This document shows, in pieces, positions 1 to 16,847 of a stretch of 64,000 nucleotides of DNA (position 1 is its first letter; every line of letters starts with the position of its first letter). This DNA comes from the human T2T-CHM13v2.0 reference genome, Homo sapiens. The notes under the pieces are model-generated. The model was not told the DNA's origin, did no database searches, and saw only the letters and a program-made list of their open reading frames with translations. Both the position numbers and the translations under genes were made by a program. The stretch is taken from the NCBI RefSeq assembly GCF_009914755.1, contig NC_060926.1; one strand, written 5' to 3'.

Positions 1-310
1 GGAGGAAGGTGTCAGCTCCTAGGGCGACATCAGTACCTAGTCTCTCACTACTTCCTCCCTTCTCTCTCACACTCTCCCCTCTTCAAAAGAGGAGGGACTG
101 GAAAGGAAGGAGTCCAATCCTTAAGAGAGATGGGAGAAGGACAGAGAGTCTCGGTCTCTGAGGATAAGTCCAGTCAAAAGTACAGTACTTTGTTTTTGCC
201 GTACACAAGAGCCAGTTCAGAACCAACGCGCTGTCCCGAAGGAGTAGCAACGGTAACGGGCCCAGGGCCCTAAACCCAAGCTGTGCCCCAACCAGAGGCA
301 CTATCCCCTA

Positions 311-850
<540 letters not shown>

Positions 851-1815
851 CTACGGCGGCCGACAAGTCCCATGAGCAGCACCTCCGCTTCTGCACGCGC
901 TTCCCAGGCCGGAATGCTCGGCGCTCTCGCGAGGAGGGGTACCCGACTGGGGCGGGAGTACTTCGGCGAGACTTCCTCCTCTTTCGGCCCGACTTCCTCC
1001 TCTTTCGGCCCCGCCTCTTGGCGCGGGGTCGCAATTGGGCGGGAGGTTCTCGCGATCTCCCCGTCCACGCCTGCGCCGCGAGAGGCCGCTAGGTGGAAGG
1101 GGACTTCGGTTCCGCACGTCGTCATGTTGTTGGATGGCACCAGTATGTGACGTTCCTAGGAACTCAGCTCTGAGGAAAAAACAAAGCAAACCGGGAAGTA
1201 CGTAGCCTTGAACCGGAGTAACCAGGGACAGAAAGGAAGGAAAAGGGTTTCATACCTTCACGGAACGACGCTCACTTCGTCCGCCTGAGGAGGAAAAATA
1301 AACCTTTCTGTGAAAAAGAACGTGGAGCCCTTTCTGCCGAATGGAAACCCGCTAAACCCCGTTATGGAGTCTGCTACAATTAAGCATCTAACCAGGAATT
1401 GTCTATGGACACAACTCTCCAGGCAATTCATGCAGAAAGTGTGTTGACGATTTCCTGTTTCTTGCAGAGCGCTTCACCGTTAAGGCTCTTAGTAGCTGGC
1501 GATTGTAAAGCACATTTTCCGCTTCATGAAAATACAGTGCTCTTCTTGTGTTTGTAACCTTGGAAAGTAAGTCTGCTATGATAAGTTTAGGGAAGTGGCG
1601 GGGAGCTACTTTCCTAACATATCTGTGATTGTTTTGATACTTCTCAGTTTCTCGCGGGCATTTCCTGCGTTCTCTATAGGGCTCTCTTGCACTGAATAAG
1701 GAAAGGAGGAATTCTCTCTGCATTGAGGCTATTATCGCACATTGTGCGGTGGATATAGTCACGCGCTGGGTCGTAGTAGCGTGTCGTTTATTTCAGTCCA
1801 GCTCACTCTTGGTAG

Positions 1816-2049
<234 letters not shown>

Positions 2050-2092
2050 TGATCGGTGAAAACTAGGCGAGACGCGCACACTGACCCTGCAG

Positions 2093-2113
2093 TGCATCTT
2101 GGGAGTTGTAGTC
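2093..2113 (-). promoter_or_regulatory. ZNF143/THAP11-type SBS motif
   Basis: Reverse complement GACTACAACTCCCAAGATGCA matches ACTACANNTCCCA core. Confidence 0.6.
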
Positions 2114-2614
2114 ATAACTAATCAATGGTCTTGTTAAAACGTGCTTATGTTTTGACCAGATCGCTTAAGTGTGGACACCCTTCAGCAGTACACTGCAACG
2201 TGGGTCAGTGTACAGAACACATGCTGATAGAAATAATTTCAAAATCTGGATTCATAGTTTTTTTTTTTAATCTAGAGACCTCAGAAAATGTACTTGAAGA
2301 AAATCATCATAATATAATACATAACAATAGAGCCAATTAATTGATGTGATGAAAGTGGACAAAATGTATTTTGACCTCAGAGAAAATAACATTTCTGTCT
2401 TGGAAGAGTCAGAGAATGCTTCACACAATTTTTGAGCCTGATGTTAGACTCTCCAGCCTTCTGTCCAAGCCTCACCCTTTGGTTACTCCCCAGGAAGACT
2501 GAACTTGGGAAGAGGATTGTGCAGACCCTGGAGTCAGGCTTGGCGTTTGGGATAGGGAATACTAGAGTGCCCACAGCATGGTCTGGAAAAGGGAAAGTGG
2601 GCTGCAGGTGGCTA

Positions 2615-3163
<549 letters not shown>

Positions 3164-3454
3164 CTAAGTCTTCTTTTAGTCTTTGTCTCCTGCCACTCAT
3201 AGAATTTTCCTCTTGGAATCACCTCTATTCCATTTTCCTGTGTATGTTGCCAGAGCAGGGCTGGCTTCATGGTGGTGACCTGTACAGATAGGCACTTGGT
3301 TTAATGTTTTGCTGTCACTAACTTGAAATTCAGGAAAGTTTCTGGACAAGGGCCCTGCGGTTTTATTTTGCACTGGGCCCACAAAGTATGTATCTAGTCC
3401 TATTCCAGAGATATTCTATGCATATACAGGTAACTATATGTAGATATGTATGTA

Positions 3455-3722
3455 GTGGTCCAGTAGTGGTCCAGGGCCTGTTAGGAACTGGGCGGCACAG
3501 CAGAAGGTGAGTGGCAGGGGAGCCAGCATTTCGGCCTGAGCTCTGCCCCCTGTCAGATGAGCAGGGGCATTACATTCTGGTAGGAGTGAGAACCCTATTG
3601 TAAACTGCACATGCAAGGGATCTAACCTGTGCACTCCTTATGAGAATCCAACTCCCCCTTTCCATGGAAAAATTGTCTTCCACAAAACCAGTCCCTGGTG
3701 TCAAAAAGGTTGGGGACCTCTG
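3455..3722 (+). mobile_element. MER1-type hAT-Charlie DNA transposon
   Basis: GGCCTGTTAGGAACTGGGC...AAAAAGGTTGGGGACC resembles MER1B consensus (from memory). Confidence 0.75.
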
Positions 3723-3839
3723 TAGTAGGCTACCATCTAGGTTTGTTTAGGTACACTCTATGATGTTCACACAACAAAAAATCACCTGATGATGCATTTT
3801 TCAGAAAGCATCCCCATTGTTAAGGGACACATGACTGTA
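3723..3839 (+). mobile_element. Tigger3/MER7-type TcMar fragment (terminal end)
   Basis: TACACTCTATGATGTTCACACAA...GACACATGACTGTA terminal sequence. Confidence 0.65.
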
Positions 3840-4371
3840 ATGGAATACTATTCTTTTCCTTCCTTTTTATTTTTTGTGGAGACAGGGTCTCTACATGTTG
3901 GTGCCCAGGCTGGTCTCACACTCCTGAGCTTAAGGGATCTGCCTGCTTTGACCTCCCAAAGTGCTGGGATTACAAGTGTGAGCCACCATATCTGAACCCC
4001 TGTCCCCCACTTTTTTTTTCTTTCTTTTTTTCCATACACAGTCCAGGCTGGAGTGCAGAGGTGTCATCTTGGCTCACTGCAACCTCCGTCTCCCGGATTC
4101 TAACGATTCTCCTGCCTCATCCTCCTGAGTAGCTGGGATTATAGGTGTCCGCCACCACGCCCAGCTAATTTTTGTATTTTTAGTAGAGATGGGGTTTCAC
4201 CATGTTGGTGAGGCTGGTCTCAAACTCTTGACCTCATGTGATCCACCTGCCTCAGCCTCCCAAAATACTGGGATTACAGGGGTGAGCCACCGTGCCCAGG
4301 ACAGCCTTTTTTGGGTCAGTGTGTATATAGAGCTAACTCATTCTACTTAATGGCTACATAGTATCCCACTG

Positions 4372-5357
4372 TGATAGCCGCAAAAGGCAGACAAATCCTA
4401 GGCAGACAGGGGCAGGTCCCTGGTGAAACCCTTCAAGCTGAGGACAGTTTAAAGGCTAGCCACAAGACCAGGATAAATCCACAGACCAGATTGAGAACCT
4501 CTCTTCCCATTTGGCGTGCTTTCTTCTGATTGATCCCCACCCTTCACCTATTTTACACATATCCTTTCCTAATTGTTTTTTTACACTGTTGTACCTACCT
4601 TTGAGTGGTGCTGTTGTTTTAGCCTTTTTTGCATACTCACAAACCAATCAGCATGCACGCCTTCATTCTGAGCCCATAAAAGCTGTGGACTCAGCCGCAC
4701 TGAGAGAGAGACCACCTGACTTTGAGTGAGGGACCACCCTTGCATCCTCTCTCTCCTGAGAGCTGTTTCATAGTTCAAATAAAACTCTTCTCCACCCTCC
4801 TCACCCTTTGATTGTCAGCGTAACCTCATTCTTGGACGCTGAAGAAAAATTCGGGACCCACCAAACGCAGATACAAAGAAGGCTGTACACACTGTGGCCC
4901 TTTGCCCTCTGCTGGTGGAGGGCAACCGTCCCACACAACGCGATGGGAAGCAGCAGTGGGGCAGAGCCAGTCCTGAAGCCACGGGCCTGAGTGGGGCAAT
5001 GGGACTGATAGAGCTGTTAACATGCCACTGTCCGTTGGCCTGCAGACGGCAGAACTAAAAGAGTGCTTAGCATACTGTAACACCTCTGGGGCTTCAGGGT
5101 CATGAGCACCCCTGTTTGGGTGCCACCACATTTCCCTCAATGTGACACACCTGGTCCAGCCACAAGCCCCGCACAGAGCCCACTCCTGCCCTGTACTCGT
5201 TCACTCACACACCCCCTCCTGCCAGGGGCTGAGGCCATGGTGGCTGCAGGATTCGTGCCTGAGCACAAGCCAGACACATCCTGGTGGGCCGAGTAGTTGG
5301 GGTGTTGCTGGCCGGAGGTCTCCAGCTGTCAAAGTGGCCAAGAAAAATCCTGCATCA
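4372..5357 (+). mobile_element. ERV1 solo LTR (LTR1/LTR27/LTR28-like), ~986 bp
   Basis: TG...CA termini; 4-bp TSD ACTG at 4368-4371 and 5358-5361; TATA-like CATAAAA near 4675; AATAAA near 4778; inserted into an old L1-like fragment. Confidence 0.8.
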
Positions 5358-5899
5358 ACTGTACAAATGTACCCTAATTTATTTAACTCATTTATTGTAT
5401 ATTTGTGTCATTTCCAATGGTTCGTAATTTCAAACATATGATTGTGCAAAAGTTGTTTTATGTGTGCCAATATCTTTGTAGGTTAATTTCCTAGAGCAAA
5501 GTTTTTCAACCTAAGCACCACTGACATCTGGGGCTGGATAATTTGTTGTGAGGGGCTGTCATGTGCGTTATACGATGTATCCTATCCACCCCTATATGTT
5601 ATGAAAAATATTTCAGTGGCCAGAATCCTTTCAATGACTTAAAAAGCCCTTTTCATCCTGCTTCTGCCTACCTCTCCAGCTGCATCTTAGTACCCGCACA
5701 CTCTTTTTTCATACTCATGCCCCTGCTTGCTGTCTTTGCACAGGTATTCTCTTTGTCTGGAGCTTTCTTCCTCACCAATCATCTCCTAATAACTCCCATT
5801 TTATCTTTTAAATGTTGCCACTATTATCACTTCCTTGGAGGAGCCTTCTTGGACTGCCTATTTCAAATCCCCTGGGTTTTTTTTTTTTCTTTGACAAAA

Positions 5900-6640
5900 G
5901 CCACATTCGAACAAATCCCCCTTGGAATGTTACAATTACCAAAAAATCCAATTTAAACTAGTTTAAATGATAAGAGAATTTATTGGCTCACATAAATGAG
6001 AAGTCTGAAGATAAGGTGAACCTCAGGTTGATTTGAGTGACTTAACAGTATCAGCAGGAACTTGATTTCCTTCTACCTCTCAATTTTCTTTCTGATGTCA
6101 GATTCATCCTAAGGCTTACTCCTTTTGTATCATAAAATGGTGGCCAGGATCTCCCAAGGTTATGTAGTTCTTTGTCCATATCAAAAGAGAGTTTCTTTCA
6201 CATATTTCACAGTTTCAATGTGATTAAATTAATTTAGGTCACATGTCCGCCCCTAAACCTAGAGTTTTGTGGTCTAGAGAATGTCAAGCACTGATTGGCC
6301 AGGGCAAATCAGGGCCTATCCTTGGAACTGGAAGTTACGTTAATCCCACCTAAATCCCATGAATGTTACTCTATGAGGTATTGGTAAAATCGATGCTAGG
6401 AATACAATCAGAATCCATTATATCCTATTACACGCTTATAGCACCATGCACCCCTCCATTGTAGCACCTGTCATACTTGTAGCTTTATATTTATTTGTAT
6501 GATTTCTGATTAATAACTGTCTTCTCATCCAGATGAAAAACCTCTATTAGTCCAGGGAACTGCATTTTTTCTCACCATTGTATCTCTAGTCTAGCACAGG
6601 GTGTCAAACATAGCAGGTTCTCAATAACTATTGAAAGAAT
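5900..6640. mobile_element. MLT1-like LTR remnant followed by L2 3' end
   Basis: ATTTATTGGCTCACATAAATGAGAAGTC is MLT1-like; TAGCACAGGGTGTCAAACATAGCAGGTTCTCAATAACTATTGAAAGAATGAA is an L2 tail. Confidence 0.5.
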
Positions 6641-7299
6641 GAAACTTCCCTTAGAAGTTTACTACTCAATTTGACATTCCCTTTAGCAGGCAATTTAATA
6701 GCTACCATATCAGACTTATATTACATATTTGAAAGTCCCAGACTGAGATCTCTAATTTCTATCTCCAGGCAGTCAGTTCTTGACACACCACTGAGTAAGA
6801 TTCATGGAATAAATCTGACCATATTATATTCCCTTGACATCTTTCAAGTTCCTGATTTCTTTTAGGATAAAGTTCTTTATGATGCCATTCAAAGCTCTTC
6901 ATGGTTTGGCCCCTATCTGGCTTTCTATTCTCAAGAGCAAAACTATAGACTTCTGGCCTTCTTCAGGGTGATCTTTCTCTTTCAATCATAGTCCCTCCCC
7001 AACCACTCACCAAATATCAGTTTTTAGAAGTCTTGTCTTGCAGGGAGTAGAGAGGGGGCAGTAATAGTTTATTCAGGGATTCCCCCATATCTTTCCTGGG
7101 TAAAGGTATTCTAGAAGGAGGCAGAGGAAGGAGGCTAGAGGTCCCACTGTTTGGCATTCAGGCTTTCACTTAATGCTCACTTTAGCCCTGCTTCACAGTC
7201 CCCTACTACCTACTGTGACTAATATTCTCAAGTCAAGAGTCTCTCCCATTCTAGAAAATAAATCAGGCTCCTGGGATGTGGTGATGGTGTTATAGGGGC

Positions 7300-7631
<332 letters not shown>

Positions 7632-8589
7632 TGACTAGCTGGGACTACAGGCATGTACCACCATGCCAGGTTAATTTTTTGTATTTTTAGTAGAGACGGG
7701 CTTTCACCATGTTAGCCAGGATGGTCTCCATCTCCTGACCTCGTGATCTGCCTGCCTCAGCCTCCCAAAGTGCTGGGATTACAGACGTGAGCGACTGCGC
7801 CCGGCATCTTTTTATATTTTTAAAAGGTCACATGTATGTCCTTTTCTGTGAACTGTTTATATTCTTTGCCAAAGTGCTGGGATTACAGACATGAGCCACT
7901 GCACCTGGCCTTACCTCTTCTTTTTTTCTTTAATCACCTGTGGAGGCTTTTAGATTGTGCCTTTTGCTGTCAAGTCTACTACTACTCTTCCATCGGCTTG
8001 TCATACAACCATTTGTTGAAATTTCTTTTGTATTTTGTTTGCCTTTTGGGCTCTACACTTTTTAAAAATTTATTTAGCTGTCAAAGAGATGACATACTGT
8101 GTATGGTTAATTTTCCATGTATTCTGGAGTTCTAATATATTTTCATGGTTTTTAAATGTTTAGTTCTTTAATCAAGTTGGAATTTTTAAAATATATATGA
8201 AGTAGGATGCTAATTTAAAACTTTTCCTCCAAATGGATATCCATCCAGTTGTCTCAACATCATGTATAGAAAAAACAAATTGAAAATGCTATCTTATCAT
8301 ATTATTTACTAAATTTACATGCATATACATATACATACATAACATATATCTGAGTTTGAGTCTGAATTCACTACTGTTTCAATTGCTGTAGTTGGTCAAT
8401 TCTAGTATGACAGAGTTTTAATTGCTACAGTTTTGGAATGATTATGGGGTTACTTTTGAGACAGGGTCTGGCTATCTTGCCCAGACTGGTCTCAAACTTA
8501 CCGGCTCAAGCAATCCTCCCATCTCAGCCTCTTAAAGTGTTGGGATTATAGGTATGAACCACTGCACCTGGCCCTGGATTGCATTTTGA

Positions 8590-9990
8590 CTGTGGCCATA
8601 GAAGTTTCCACTCAGATCTTCAAGAGAACCTACTCTGGGGACTACAAGTGACTGACAGCCAGCTGCCACCCCTTTGGAACTACCATGCATTCATGTCAAT
8701 GCCACATATCTCTGGAGTCGCCCCCAGCTAGTGGCTGAGCACAGCAGGAGTACTAAACTTGTTCTTTCTTGCCCAGTGCAGAACTCCTCTAACGGGCAAC
8801 TTTGGCTTGGGGAACTTCTCATCAGCCTGGATGAGACTATCTTAGAACTACAGTGTAGTCGAGGCTCTTTCTACCCAATATTTCCTTCTCTTCTTTTTAC
8901 AGAAGTCAGACCTGCACCACAGTCTGAAGTCTCTCTGCCAATTCCTGAGCCTTCCCACTTTATCCTTCACAAACATTTCCCCCAATAAATATCTTGCATG
9001 TCTAATCCCTTCTTGGCATCTGCTTCTCTGAGGACCAGAACAGACAGGTGGTTTACCAAGTGGTGCAAGAAAACAGATAGTAAGATGGGTTTTGGGCAAT
9101 GGCTTACTTGGTCCCTGGCACAAAGCAGCCATCTGAGTCCTGATTTAGCCAGCAGTGACCTAGGAAAACATCCCAGAGAAGGGAAATCCTCTTGCTCGTG
9201 CAATTTAGGCATTTAAAAGATATGGGGAATACGATGCCTACAAAGAAAGCAGAGCTGGCCAACTGTTACTAAGACAAGTAATGCCTTGCAGATGGATAAT
9301 GAGAAACCGAGAGCACTTAAACAGTTAAAGGCTAAGTGTGGGAGCCGGGGGCTTCTCTGGAGCTTAACAAACTTTTATTTCCTGCAGTGGAAGAGCAGAA
9401 ATGGGATTGGATGGTCACAGAGCTCTAAAGATATTTGAATGCTCAGCCTAGGGAGATCCAGTATGTAGTCAGGGCCCTGGTTGGGGAAACCAGCCTGAAG
9501 CTTTGAAACATGGAATCGGTGCCCCTGAGGATTTTGGCTCTGTAGATACCTCTGGACACTCAAGAGCTTACAGAACTGGCTCATACTTCCTAGTAAGAGC
9601 AAGCACTTCCCTCATTACAGAAAGACCTCTTCCATAATTGTTCTCAGTTTTTCTCCTGGCTGCCAAGCCATGGTAACTGGAGTTAACATCTCAGCATAAT
9701 CTGCCTAGGAACTGCTGGCCCTGATAAGAAAGGAAAGATTACACACCGAAGGAATTGAAATAAGTTACCATGACTATCAGGAGCCAGAGAAGTATACTTA
9801 GGATTGGATTTTAAGGGTGTTCAATTAAGGGGGCTGGAATTTAAGACAACATAAGCAAGACTTCATGGACTTGGGGTACTTTTTTGGGACAGATTTAACC
9901 TCAGCAAGTAGTCCCGAGGTTAGCTTTTCAAAGCCTGGAAAAGGTGATGGCTTTGAAAAAGTGGAAATGAATTCACACCATGGCAGCTTT
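8590..9990 (+). mobile_element. ERVL LTR (LTR16/LTR40-like) with adjoining internal remnant
   Basis: LTR 3' end AATAAATATCTTGCATGTCTAATCCCTTCTTGGCATCTGCTTCTCTGAGGACCAGAACAGACA (~8985-9046), then an ERVL-like internal start and degraded purine-rich gag-like sequence. Confidence 0.6.
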
Positions 9991-10350
9991 TAACTTGAGG
10001 AGAAGATAGCTATTTATTTTGGCATATTTATGTGGTTACTGCTCACTTACTAGTCCCAATTGTTTTGTAACCACTTTTTATTCATTTTTTGAGATAGTCT
10101 CATTCTGTTTTCTAGACTGGAGTACAGTGGTGCAATCTTGGCTCATTGCAACCTCTACCTCTTGGGCTTAAGCCATCCTCCCACCTCAGCCTCCTAATTT
10201 TTGCATTTTTTGCAGAGATGGGGTTTCCCCATGTCACCCAGGCTGGTCTTGAACTCCTGGACTCAAGTCATCTGCCCATTTTGGCCTCCCAAAGTGCTGG
10301 GATTACAGGCGTGAGCCACCACATCGGGACTGTTTTTTTTTGTTTTTTGA

Positions 10351-10566
<216 letters not shown>

Positions 10567-12606
10567 TGATCCGCCCACCTCGGCCACCCAAAGTGCTGGG
10601 ATTACAGGTTTTAGCCACCATGCCCGGCCACCTGGCCTGTTTTATACCAATTTAAAGTGTTTTTTTAGGCTTCACATGGTGGTTCATGCCTGTAATCCCA
10701 GCACTCTGGAAGGCCAAGGTGGGAGGATCGCTTGAGCCCAGGAGTTTGAGATCAGCACCTGGGCAACAGAGCGAGACCTCACCTCTACTAAAAATTAAAA
10801 AAAAAAAAAAAATTAACCAGGCATGGTAGTCCATACCTGTAGTACCAGCTACTTGGGAGGCTGAGGCAGGAGGATCCCTTGAGCCTAGGAGTTCAAGGTT
10901 GCAGTAAGCTATGATTATGTCACTGCACTCCAGCCTGAGTGACAGTAAGACCCTGTCTAAAAAATAAATAGTGGTTTTTAGATGATCATCTGCAAATATT
11001 TTTGTTCTTTCCCTGTATCCCTTTTTAATCTCATCACATTGATTAGGACATCCAGAACACTGGTGATTCTTGTTTTGTTCCTGACTTTAATGGCCATGTT
11101 TCCAGTGTTGTATACATGTTCCTAATTTTTGATACATACCACTTGTGACGTTAAGGACATTTCCTGATATTCTAAACTCTCTAGGAAATGGATATTGAAT
11201 TATTAAAAAAAAAAGTCTCTTTTTAGCCTGGGCAACATAGTGAGACCCAGTCTCTAAAAGAACAACAACAGCAAAAAATTTGCTGGCATGCTGGTGCATG
11301 CTTGCAGTCCCAGCACCTCAGCAGGCTGAGGCAGGAGGATCACTTCAGCCCAGGAGTTTGAGGCTACAGTGAACTATGATCCTGCCACTGCACTCCAGCC
11401 TGGGCAACAGAGCAAGACCCTGTCTCCAAAAAAAAAAAAAAAAAAAAAGAAAAACAGGACCATTTTTTGCATCTGGTGACCATATGGTTTTCTCTTAATA
11501 TTATGACAATTTATAACTGTTCTCATAAATGATAATGATCTATAAATTTTTATGTTTGCTTTTTTTTAATCATCTCTTCTAGGTTATGAGTCCTAGGCAA
11601 TTGCATTAAATTTTATAACCATAGTATTAAAAAAACTATAGTCAACAACTCAATTTTGGTTTTCATGAAACACTGGGTATTTTTCAATGCTTCCCATCCC
11701 ATGCAGGATAAAGTCAGAGTACTAAATCTCATATTCTAAACTCCCACACAATCTGACGTCTATTTACTGGCTTCTTCATCCATTAATAAAACTGTTCCTT
11801 CTCCACAAAGTGCCTTTCCCTTTATAATCGTCCTTTAAAGCCCAGCTCAAATACTAACTCTCTATATTGAAATCCAGTTCAAATTCCACTTCTTAGAAAC
11901 CTTCATTTTTCCTTCTAGTTTACCTCTTCTCTTTTTATAGCATGACTTTTTAAAAACTTTCATTATAGTGCTCACCAACCTGCCTTTCATTAATTAGTAA
12001 CTCTGTATTAGACTATATTTAAGTCCCTGAAGGAAACAAACTATTCCATAGCAGAGTACTGTGCTCCTAATAGGTAGTTTTAAAGTTTTTATTACATTAA
12101 AATTAATTTTGTAAATTTCTGTTATATTGAAGCCTCTTGCAATGATCTGAGATATGCTTTAGATGGCAAAACTGAGGTTGCTTTAAATATTACCTTTACA
12201 AAAGTCACTTATTACCAAATTGCCTTTTAGACCATTTTACCTGTCTGTTGGTTGATGACTTCATACTCATATTTAATGAGTCAGACATCTCTCTCTTTTT
12301 TGAGACACAGTCTGGCTCTGTTGCCCAGGCTGGAGTACAGTGGGACAATCATAGCTCACTGCAGCCTTGAATTACCGGGCCCAAGTGATCCTCCTACCTG
12401 AGCCCTCAGCCTCCCAAGTAGCTGAGATTACAGGTGCGCACCACCATGCCAGGCTAATTTTTTTATTTTCTGTAGAACAAGGTGTGACCATTTGGCCCAA
12501 GCTGGTACTGAACTCCTGGGCTCATGTGATCCACCCACCTTGGCCTCTCAAAGTGCTGGGATTACAAGCCACCACACCCAGGCCATCTTTAAACTATTTA
12601 AAACTA

Positions 12607-12944
<338 letters not shown>

Positions 12945-13193
12945 TTAGTTTCTATTTATGTAACAGATCCTATTGTCCTCACAATCCTCAGCCTGAAATC
13001 CTTAGTCATAACTGCCGCTCTCTTCCCTCCACTTGCCACTCACTCCCCATTTTATCTGGGTTAAGTCCATCCATTATCCCTTATATTTGCTCTGCAACAT
13101 CTTGGTATGTGCCCAGCCCACTTTTTCTGAATACACTCTCTTCTCAGAAGTGAGCTCTTGGTAATTTTCTGACCAGTTGCTTATACCAGGTTT

Positions 13194-13423
13194 AGGGTTA
13201 CCAGATTTAGCAAATAAAAATATAGACAATTGTCTGACCAGTTGCTTATATCTGGCTTATGGGTACCAGACTTAGCAAATAAAAATATAGGACATTCAGT
13301 TAAATTATTTGAACTTCAGATAAACAAGGAATAATCTTTTAGTGTTACATGGGACCTACACTGAACATCTGTTTATCTGTAATTCCAATTTAATTTGGCA
13401 TCATTATTTTATCTGGCAATCTC
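13194..13423 (+). mobile_element. MER53 palindromic hAT MITE with duplicated 5' end
   Basis: AGGGTTACCAGATTTAGCAAATAAAAATA...ATTTTATCTGGCAATCT terminal inverted repeats. Confidence 0.75.
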
Positions 13424-14654
13424 AGTCAGGTTTAACACCTTTCCCAAGCTGAGCTTGTCATTTCCTCCAAAAGAACACAAACCTATAAAGGACAGGTAAC
13501 GTCCTGTGGGACAGCCATCCTTTGCCCTATGCTGAGAAAACAGGTTTGCAGAGAATAAAAACGAACAAATAAATAAACATTTAAAAAAGCAGTTGTGTGG
13601 AAAGAAGCACAAAAGAGAGGCCATGAGACTCCATAATTAAGCAGAGATGAACTGCCCTAGTTCTTAATGGCTTGTTAGTCCTCATTCCAGTCTTCCACAG
13701 GGTGTGACTTGGCTTCCATAAAATAAACTCACGGTCCCATGATCATTTTCCCTCTTTGCTTTAGCAAGAATCTTTAACTAAAACAACTCTCTTTTCATTT
13801 CCACTGTCTACCACTCTAGTCTCAACTCTCATGAGTCTGGAATTTTGCAAAAGCCTGATAAACTTGTCACATGATTCCAGTGTCTACCCATTCCTTGTAA
13901 GTAACCAAGATATTCTTGCCTGATTAAATGCTTTGAAAATATCATCTTAGGCCAGGCGCAGTGGCTCACACCTGTAAGCCCAACACTTTGGGAGGCTGAG
14001 GTGGGCGGATCACTTGATGTCATGAGTTCGAGACCAGCCTGGCCAATATGGTGTAACCCCGTCTCTACTAAAAATACAAAACTTAGCTGGGTGTAGTGGC
14101 GGGCGCCTGTAGTCCCAGCTACTCGGGAGGCTGAGGCAGGAGAATAGCTTGGACCCGGGAGGTGGAGGTTGCAGGGAGGTGGAGGTTGCAGTGAGCTGAG
14201 ATCACGCCACTGGGCTACAGCCTGGGCGACACAGTGAGACTCCGTCTCAAAAAAAGAAAAAAAAAAAATATCATATTGTATTGGCCATCCCTTGTTTCAT
14301 ATTCGTTAATAAACTTTGCTACTTTGCTTTCTAATTTCGGTGAAGAACAAGCACAAGATTAAGGAGTAAGACTATGTGAAACTGGGTTATAAATTGAAAG
14401 GCTGTTGGCTGTTGTATCTTGTAAACAATTCAACGCAATGCCAAGTGAAAATGAAGTTGTTAGTCCCTCTATCTAGAATTCTTTCCCAAATAGCTGCATA
14501 TCTTTTTCCTCTGCTTCATTTAAGTCTGTGCTGAAATGTTATCTACTCAGAGAAGACATTCTGGATCATTTCATATTAAATAGTAACTTTTATCACTCTA
14601 TCTCTTTATCTAGTTGTTTTTCTTTAAGGTACCTACCACTACCTGACATGTTGT

Positions 14655-15595
<941 letters not shown>

Positions 15596-15626
15596 TCGTA
15601 ATTTGCTATCAATTTCCAAACTCTAG

Positions 15627-16847
<1,221 letters not shown>

